A model generated the notes under the pieces. The model saw only the letters and a program-made list of their open reading frames with translations. It ran no database searches and had not been told where the DNA came from. This document shows positions 23,801 to 27,976 of a DNA stretch of 32,000 nucleotides, piece by piece. This DNA is from Clostridiales bacterium (GTDB lineage: Bacteria > Bacillota > Clostridia > Oscillospirales > Acutalibacteraceae), in assembly GCA_021200555.1 (NCBI GenBank), contig JAJQGK010000026.1, positions 19,945-51,944 on the forward strand. The letters run 5' to 3'. Numbering within the stretch: position 1 is the first letter of the stretch; every line of letters begins with the position of its first letter. A program made the position numbers and the translations under genes.

Positions 23801-25995
23801 ACCTTCAGGTGGTCGTTTGCAGGGTTTTCCTTCAGCTTTTCCTCAAAGTCGGCACGGCTGAATTCTTTGCTGAACAGGGGAAACTCTGCATTACGCAGGT
23901 AAACGGCATCCCCGCTCAGATCAGAGATTTCGTATCTATCCGCACCGATATATACCACATCATTCTCGTGGTAGAGGTAGCGAAGCGGATACAGCTCCAG
24001 AAGCTCCTGCGAAAATCGCCACGCATTGCTGCGGCTGTAAACATCAGAAGTCTTTAGCTGTACCAGAGCAAGGAAGTCAATGAGCTGCTGAACGGTGGCG
24101 GGGTCGCCTAGATGTTGTTCCATTTGCACGGCACTCACTTCGGCAAGGTCGTTTCTGTTGACATTTTCAAGCAACCCTTTTTCATAACCGTCCAAGTCAC
24201 GAATAAAATCGGACAGCCGCAAAGAGAGTGTATCCCGCTTATCGGCAAGGGGCAGGTCACGGTGGGCATCAATAAATCTCTGCCTGTTGACTTTTTCCTG
24301 CGTGTCGATTTCATACTGCGGAGCTTCCACGCTCTTTAGATATTCGGGATAGTGGTCTTTCTCTTTCTCATTCAGATAGCGGTTATTCTTTATCAGCTCA
24401 CGCAGCCGTTTTTCCACCTTGCCCCAAGATAGGATAATGTCAGGGCTGGTGTATGAGCCGTGTTTCTCGATATGGATGCCCTTTCCGTCATGGGAATGAC
24501 CGCCTTGTGTTCCGTCTGGGAAAATATGCGTACCACCGCCAATGCCATATTCATTTTTCAGGAAAGCGATGTTGCTTTTACTGTCCTCATGTTTTGCAAA
24601 CTGACGGTAGATGCGGTATTTTCCGTTCTGGAAACCGCTTCCCGATAAAAGAACAGAGTCAATATCCTCTTGAGAAACGGAAAAAGCAGAGGATTTTTTG
24701 TCCTCTGCTTCCATCATCATTTCAATCTGTTCGTCTACGGTAGGGAGATTAGCCCTGACCTCAGTTTCATTGGCGATGCTTTCCTCGGCAGGCTGTGACC
24801 CGTCTAATTGTAAATCAGCTCGGTCAGTATCACTTCCTCCGCCTGACTGCGGATGTTGTTCATCAATCCGACCCACTGCATCGGGGCTTTCGCTTTCAGT
24901 TCCTCGGTCACGCCCTGTTCGGCTTGTAGCTGCTTCGTCAGAAGTTCTAACCGTTGTAGTGCTGTCTGCTCTGTCTGATGCAGGTGTTCGTTCAGCCTGC
25001 CTGTTGTCAGCAGGTTGAGGTAGGTCACTCTCTTGTGCTGCTCCAGATAATCCCTGTGCATCAAAGCGTATCTGCCAAGCGGAAGCTCTGGCTCTGTCGC
25101 TAATGTCAGGTCGGGAATAAGATAATCGCCCTGTTTGGTGTAAGTGATTTCGCTCATTATTTTCGCTCCTTTCGGGTTGTTTTCTGCCTATATCATACTG
25201 ATTTTGCGGATTGGGTGCAAAGCTGCGATTTTGGCTTTTCTCTGCAATTTGCACATCTCGGATAGTCTGTGAGATTTCCCTGAGCGCCATTTCCGCAATA
25301 TCACTTGTGGCAATACCGAGGGCGTTAATGGTGGCGGTGGTATTGAAATTGATAATCTCCTGAAAATCCTCACGGTCAAAAAACTCGCCCGTGTCCAGAC
25401 CGCAGCGGCTGATCAGCATAAAAGCAACGCTGTTTGCTGCCAGCCGCTTATAGATGACCTCCACATTGAAGTCGTCCAGTTCTTCCAAGAAGCTGTCCTT
25501 TGTGCAGTCCTGTAACTGTGAAAGATAGTCCTGTAAATTATACTCGACAGCGTTCTTTGCCGTTTCCATTAAAACAGAAGCAAGGTCAGAGCCTTCGACC
25601 TCTCCAAACCTGTCGGTAAGCCTTTCCATAACAGCCTGCTCGTATCGCTCATTCATCTGCCATATCGGAACGGGGCGGCTGCCATAATACCCTTCATGCG
25701 TGTCTGACACATCAAAGTAATATTTCAGCGTGTTCCTGCGACCTTTCGGGTCAAAGACCGCTATGCCTTTGCTGTCCTTATTGACCCACCGCCGAAACTG
25801 TTTGTTCCAAGTTTCAAGCTGTGCCACGGCAATGGCATCAGGGCGTTGGGCATAGATTAGAAGCTGTTCGTCAAAACGGCATTTATAGTTGCGGCAGGCG
25901 GCAGCTAAAAAGTTCTGCCACGCCTGCGGATTTTTCGCCACGGCAACACCTGTACGCCGATACAGCTCTGTGATTAGCTGATACTTCGCAGCCAT
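17818..25995 (-). CDS. Giant polyvalent protein: ArdC-N-like ssDNA-binding domain, low-complexity linker, LPD-type domains, N6-adenine DNA methyltransferase, SNF2-family helicase (P1 DarB-like architecture)
   Basis: 2725 aa with an AAGGAGGTGG SD. N-terminus: LLIYAQRPDAIAVAQLETWNKQFRRWVNKDSKGIAVFD. MTase motif I FLEPSCGIGNFF (nt ~22204-22233) and motif IV VIGNVPFG (nt 22027-22044). Helicase Walker A AHKVGAGKTF (nt ~20199-20229), DEsH box FIDESHFYKN (nt 19711-19737), and helicase-C GSTQKMGAGTNVQ (nt ~18813-18847). Confidence 0.9.
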   Translation of the reverse strand: MAAKYQLITELYRRTGVAVAKNPQAWQNFLAAACRNYKCRFDEQLLIYAQRPDAIAVAQLETWNKQFRRWVNKDSKGIAVFDPKGRRNTLKYYFDVSDTHEGYYGSRPVPIWQMNERYEQAVMERLTDRFGEVEGSDLASVLMETAKNAVEYNLQDYLSQLQDCTKDSFLEELDDFNVEVIYKRLAANSVAFMLISRCGLDTGEFFDREDFQEIINFNTTATINALGIATSDIAEMALREISQTIRDVQIAEKSQNRSFAPNPQNQYDIGRKQPERSENNERNHLHQTGRLSYSRPDISDRARASAWQIRFDAQGLSGAAQESDLPQPADNRQAERTPASDRADSTTTVRTSDEAATSRTGRDRGTESESPDAVGRIDEQHPQSGGGSDTDRADLQLDGSQPAEESIANETEVRANLPTVDEQIEMMMEAEDKKSSAFSVSQEDIDSVLLSGSGFQNGKYRIYRQFAKHEDSKSNIAFLKNEYGIGGGTHIFPDGTQGGHSHDGKGIHIEKHGSYTSPDIILSWGKVEKRLRELIKNNRYLNEKEKDHYPEYLKSVEAPQYEIDTQEKVNRQRFIDAHRDLPLADKRDTLSLRLSDFIRDLDGYEKGLLENVNRNDLAEVSAVQMEQHLGDPATVQQLIDFLALVQLKTSDVYSRSNAWRFSQELLELYPLRYLYHENDVVYIGADRYEISDLSGDAVYLRNAEFPLFSKEFSRADFEEKLKENPANDHLKVVVTEKQKSETLSEQKPDSISFSIGFSEHPAFYDRQFNDRYTDISFALGNYLLGVLDEKQHREREGDDNVGWYHKTDFTIRTVISGEEHTYEGRFDIGDGEGDLIAHIKNFYEYSLSPNCPFIPEWKRQGEDYYREKMESLRWGRDVFIPYLEQHKDLTPEDRQLFDEIMSFEKEWFAPVEEKSSAVDEMIAYVEKAAAESENEPPEERFEVVMTSDAFPDPEDAFAIWDNIREEYYADSYDKVLTYPTEEEAETGLAVVKKEVADKEAAEWLYVERAKQGLEPAEQDTSDLIGKEIVVDNRRYLIESVGKVSGDVSMRDITFKDGVGFPINRVEKIGYIRSLLEQGKNQPAAGVQASTETVEQYSAEENGLPYDIVVEKIRFDEPELLPEEKDKTPAVPSALRHNYRISEDTLGIGGAKEKFRGNMEAINLLHELEIENRLATPEEQETLSKYVGWGGLSMAFDENNAAWANEFQELYASLSPEEYRAAMESTLTAFYTPPVVIKGMYEALDRLGFSEGSFLEPSCGIGNFFGLLPDSMAGSKLHGVEIDELTGRIARQLYQKANIAIEGFEKTQLPDDHFDVVIGNVPFGDFKVNDIRYNAQKFLIHDYFFAKALDKVRKGGVVAFITSKGTMDKASPEVRKYIAQRAELLGAIRLPDNTFRANAGTEVTSDILFLQKRDRISDIEPDWVHLDTDENGIRMNSYFVQHPEMILGEMKMESTRFGFDSACKAYQDTPLSELLHNAVQNIQGEIPEYDNEIDEISDEQDNSIPTDPNVRNFSYALVDGKVYFRENDRMTPAAASMTAENRIKGLIQIRDCVRKLIEYQTEDYPEEMIQTEQENLNRLYDAFAQKYGLINSRGNYLAFASDESYFLLCSLEVLDDEGNFKRKADMFTKRTIKPHREITSVETASEALALSIGEKARVDLSYMEQLTGKTQEEIIKDLQDVIFRIPASEPARYVTADEYLSGNVRTKLLTAEAAAKENPEFTVNVEALKQVIPQDLSAAEISVRLGTTWIPQEDIQRFVVELLTPSSYAMGRLKVRYTPMNGDWFIENKSSDYGNVKADSTYGTKRASAYRIIEDTLNLRDTRIFDYVYDENGNKKAVFNAKETTAAQAKQETIKQAFQDWIWKDPERRNRLVRYYNDTFNSVRPREYDGSHISFGGISPEITLRPHQVNAIAHILYGGNTLLAHKVGAGKTFEMVAAAQESKRLGLCNKAMFVVPNHLVGQWASEYLRLYPSANILVTRKQDFETGNRKKFCSRIATGDYDAVIIGHSQFEKIPMSMERQREQLQRQLDDIEMGIDEIQKSHGEQFTVKQLMKTRKGIKAKLDKLNNTKRKDSVIDFEQLGVDRLFIDESHFYKNLYLYTKMRNVGGIAQTEAQKSSDLFMKCRYLDEITGNRGTIFATGTPVSNSMVELYSVQRYLQYDTLMQNGLQHFDSWASTFGETVTALELAPEGTNYRAKTRFAKFFNLPELMMMFREVADIQTADMLKLPVPKVNYHNVKTKPSEIQTEMVASLAKRAEKVRARLVEPNIDNMLKITNDGRKLALDQRMIDPMLPDDPDSKVNACIDNVYRIWEEHADTKATQLIFCDLSTPKNDGTFNVYDDFREKLIARGVPAEQIRFIHEATTDAQKKELFGKVRSGEVRVLLGSTQKMGAGTNVQDRLIAIHNLDCPWRPSDLEQRQGRIERQGNMFPEVEVYRYVTEQTFDAYLYQLVESKQKFISQIMTSKSPVRSAEDVDEVALSFAEVKMLATGDERFKEKMDLDIQVSKLKVLKQSYLSEHYDLEDRILKYFPQTIKEYEQRIVCYEADTVLAEQNKPQGEEKFCPMTLRGIKYTEKAAAGEMLLAICKEYPLSAPTEIGSYRGFKMEVFYDTVNAHYCLNLCGKAKYKVDLGSDPLGNLTRIENELAKLPARLEAAKTKRTETIAQFETAKVEVQKSFAFENELKEKSERLNALNIELNLDQKDPAVLDAEPEQSDEPPERKCENRER
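24804..25157 (-). CDS. tnpV: TnpV-family protein ORF nested out of frame (+1) inside the giant polyvalent gene
   Basis: 117 aa: MSEITYTKQGDYLIPDLTLATEPELPLGRYALMHRDYLEQHKRVTYLNLLTTGRLNEHL...PMQWVGLMNNIRSQAEEVILTELIYN. This matches the transposon-encoded TnpV family over its full length, by recollection. AAAGGAG lies 8 nt upstream of the ATG. An in-frame TAG lies 12 codons upstream, so the ORF is exactly family-sized. Confidence 0.6.
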   Translation of the reverse strand: MSEITYTKQGDYLIPDLTLATEPELPLGRYALMHRDYLEQHKRVTYLNLLTTGRLNEHLHQTEQTALQRLELLTKQLQAEQGVTEELKAKAPMQWVGLMNNIRSQAEEVILTELIYN

Positions 25996-26028
25996 TGGGT
26001 TTCCACCTCCTTATAGATTTATTTGGGG

Positions 26029-26238
26029 TCATTCGTTGGCTTCACCGCCAAGAAAGGAAATGACCTTGTTAGCCTTGATGCTCTTTTGCAGGTCATTGAT
26101 AAGGGAAATATCCGCAACCGTGATGCCCTGCATAGAAAGAATATCGTCCATTGTCATGGCGGCAATAGTTTTCTCATCGGTAAATCCTGCGTCCAAGACC
26201 TTGTTTAAGACCTTGACCGCTTTCTGGTTTACTGCCAT
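26029..26238 (-). CDS. Small hypothetical protein (69 aa)
   Basis: GGAGGG SD 6 nt before the ATG. MAVNQKAVKVLNKVLDAGFTDEKTIAAMTMDDILSMQGITVADISLINDLQKSIK reads like a small helical, HhH/SAM-like fold (impression only). Confidence 0.6.
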   Translation of the reverse strand: MAVNQKAVKVLNKVLDAGFTDEKTIAAMTMDDILSMQGITVADISLINDLQKSIKANKVISFLGGEANE

Positions 26239-26250
26239 TTGTCAGCCCTC

Positions 26251-26949
26251 CTATCGTTCTAAATCTTTGTGTTTAGGAGCTTTAATCGCCGCTTGCACCT
26301 CTTGGGGCTTCGGCTCATAGGTTGCTCCGTTTTTCTCCATACGTTCGGCAAATTCGCAGATATGGAAAAGGTCGTTGCCAACTTCCGTATGGTACTCATC
26401 AATGAAGCGGCAGGAATATTCCGATTTTTCGCCCCACGATGATGTGATGATGATTTTGCCGCCGTCTGGGATACGGAACAGTTCTTTGTAGTTCGGGTCG
26501 ATAAATCGGATGCCCTGTTCTGCTTTGGAAATGTGGCGGTCAAGCCATTCCTTTACATAGCAGAAGCAGTAAAAGTTGTAGTCGCCCTTAGTGGGATTGC
26601 ATCGGAACAGAAATGCGTGTTTCTCCGTATCGACACGAAAGCCGTACTCGGTACAATAATTCCCCTTAAAGGAGCTGTCGGGGAAACGCCTTGCAAACGC
26701 ACTCATATCATAGCGGTTGTGCAAAAGTCCTTTGTCCTCACGAAGCGAATTGATAATCTTGTCAAGCCCTTCCTTAAACTCGTCCGTTTTCCATTGCGGT
26801 CTGGCATCAAACCAAGTGGTAAAAAAGCCACAGCCAGAGGTATCAAAATCGCCACGCAGATAACCGATATTGCCTGTCTGCCCCTGAAGCTGCATACTCT
26901 GGGAATAGGTGTATTTCTGTTCATTCGGCTGTAATGATCGTATCTTCAT
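26251..26949 (-). CDS. Conserved ICE protein of unknown function (232 aa; possibly an LPD-type domain found free-standing)
   Basis: AAAGGAGCAGC SD. The ATG directly abuts the upstream stop (TAAATG). MKIRSLQPNEQKYTYSQSMQLQGQTGNIGYLRGDF resembles proteins I recall from related elements, but I cannot name the family reliably. Confidence 0.65.
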   Translation of the reverse strand: MKIRSLQPNEQKYTYSQSMQLQGQTGNIGYLRGDFDTSGCGFFTTWFDARPQWKTDEFKEGLDKIINSLREDKGLLHNRYDMSAFARRFPDSSFKGNYCTEYGFRVDTEKHAFLFRCNPTKGDYNFYCFCYVKEWLDRHISKAEQGIRFIDPNYKELFRIPDGGKIIITSSWGEKSEYSCRFIDEYHTEVGNDLFHICEFAERMEKNGATYEPKPQEVQAAIKAPKHKDLER

Positions 26950-27096
26950 TTAGCTGCTCCTTTCGTTCTTTTTCTCTTTCCGTTCATCTAAAATCCTGCG
27001 GATACAGACATCGCAGAAAATAACTGACCCGTCTTTATATCGGGGATAAGGACAGGTCATGCAGTTATATTTCTTCTGGTTATCGCTCACGGTCAT
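26950..27096 (-). CDS. 48-aa zinc-ribbon-like micro-protein
   Basis: MTVSDNQKKYNCMTCPYPRYKDGSVIFCDVCIRRILDERKEKKNERSS has CxxC...CxxC. The track start at 27150 is a GTG with no SD. ATG at 27096 overlaps the upstream gene's end by 17 nt. Confidence 0.5.
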   Translation of the reverse strand: MTVSDNQKKYNCMTCPYPRYKDGSVIFCDVCIRRILDERKEKKNERSS

Positions 27097-27355
27097 CACC
27101 GCTTTTCTGCTTCGGGGCAGGGAGATTATTATACGGCATCTGGCGTTCACTGTTATATCGTTCGCTCAGGCTTTCCCTCGCCGCCGACAAATCGTTGCAG
27201 TAACATCCCCAGAAATAATTGTTGCCGCCCTTACAGTACCAACACACATAAGAGTTAGGGGCATTGGGGTTATAACCGATAACAAGCTCGTTACTACCGA
27301 TAGTACAGCTCTCTATGATTTCATAGCCCCCGTTGGAGCGTTTTTCTTTGTCCAT
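27080..27355 (-). CDS. Hypothetical Cys/Tyr/Trp-rich protein (91 aa)
   Basis: ATG at 27355 lies about 5 nt after GAGAGGTG; the track start at 27361 is a GTG. Contains YVCWYCKGGNNYFWGCYCN. Confidence 0.55.
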   Translation of the reverse strand: MDKEKRSNGGYEIIESCTIGSNELVIGYNPNAPNSYVCWYCKGGNNYFWGCYCNDLSAARESLSERYNSERQMPYNNLPAPKQKSGDDRER

Positions 27356-27364
27356 AGACACCTC

Positions 27365-27667
27365 TCATTCTTTGGCATACTTCCAATATGCCTTTTCGCC
27401 TGTTGCCCGAAGCCGCTGCATACGGGCGTTGCCTGACAGTTCTGGGTGCTTCGCCTGCAATTTGCGGCGTGTCCTGCTGACACTTTCAAAGCTCGGCAGA
27501 CCGAGATATTTATACTGTGTCATTATCTCCGCAAGGGGGATTGCCCCTGCATCTTTCAGGCACACATTACAAAGGGCAAGATACAGCACCATATCGTCAT
27601 TTCGGGCATCTTCGTTCTTTTCCAGAATAGCCCTGACTTTCTTTTCAACGGTCTTTAAGTTCCGCAT
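27365..27667 (-). CDS. Hypothetical protein (100 aa), possibly winged-helix-like
   Basis: ATG at 27667 lies 6 nt after GGAGGT. The longer track ORF starting at 27706 has no SD. MRNLKTVEKKVRAILEKNEDARNDDMVLYLALC...SFESVSRTRRKLQAKHPEL. Confidence 0.6.
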   Translation of the reverse strand: MRNLKTVEKKVRAILEKNEDARNDDMVLYLALCNVCLKDAGAIPLAEIMTQYKYLGLPSFESVSRTRRKLQAKHPELSGNARMQRLRATGEKAYWKYAKE

Positions 27668-27775
27668 TGAATACCTCCATATATGGAAAGAGGGCGGCTG
27701 CGTCATCGCAAATTACGCTCTGTTCGTTTCCGCCTTGCGGCGAAAAGCTCACACGCTCCATTGCTCCTCTTTTCC

Positions 27776-27804
27776 CCCCACGAAGTCGAATGACTTCCGT
27801 GGGG
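27776..27804. other. Stable GC-rich hairpin in a 213-nt noncoding gap, function unknown
   Basis: CCCCACGAAGTC-GAAT-GACTTC(C)GTGGGG: a 12-bp stem with one bulge. No U-tract on either strand, so it is not a canonical terminator. Confidence 0.5.
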
Positions 27805-27835
27805 ACCCCAGACATAGCCGCTCCATTCCTGCATT

Positions 27836-27911
27836 TTATGGGTCACTTATTCTTTCTGTTTCGAATATTCAGCTTATGGGTCACTTATTCTTTCTGTTTC
27901 GAATATTCAGC
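27836..27911. repeat. Perfect 38-bp tandem duplication (2.0 copies)
   Basis: TTATGGGTCACTTATTCTTTCTGTTTCGAATATTCAGC occurs at 27836-27873 and again at 27874-27911 with 100 percent identity. Each copy contains the 8-bp palindrome GAATATTC. Confidence 0.97.
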
Positions 27912-27973
27912 CATACCGCCGCACCCACAATGAATACGACAAGCACGATTGCGATAATGGTTTTAGCGTCCAT
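27881..27973 (-). CDS. 30-aa single-TM micro-protein, below the ORF-track cut-off
   Basis: Hand translation: MDAKTIIAIVLVVFIVGAAVWLNIRNRKNK. The SD AAGGAGGA is embedded in the last codons of the adhesin gene, 7 nt before the ATG at 27973. Its last 10 codons and stop lie in copy 2 of the tandem repeat. Confidence 0.45.
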   Translation of the reverse strand: MDAKTIIAIVLVVFIVGAAVWLNIRNRKNK

Positions 27974-27976
27974 TCC

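Noticed and set aside
25188-25379. 63-aa same-strand nested ORF inside the giant gene (MTVRIFRRLSISIPPPPLTP...), plus similar nested ORFs at 20286-20540, 21408-21629, 21741-22088 and 22560-22805
   Set aside because: Unlike the TnpV ORF, these have no family resemblance and no SD. They fall within well-folded, motif-bearing domains of the giant protein and are probably chance open frames.
27667-27760. 37-aa ORF MERVSFSPQGGNEQSVICDDAAALFPYMEVFNAELKDR in the noncoding gap
   Set aside because: The only SD-like sequence (GAGGAG) is 2 nt from the ATG, which is too close. The peptide has no TM or recognisable motif and runs into the start of the next gene.
27836-27911. Possible CRISPR or att-type repeat
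   Set aside because: Only two directly abutting copies are present, with no spacers, so this is not a CRISPR array. There is no adjacent recombinase and no matching half-site elsewhere in the window to support an att site. It is kept only as a tandem duplication.
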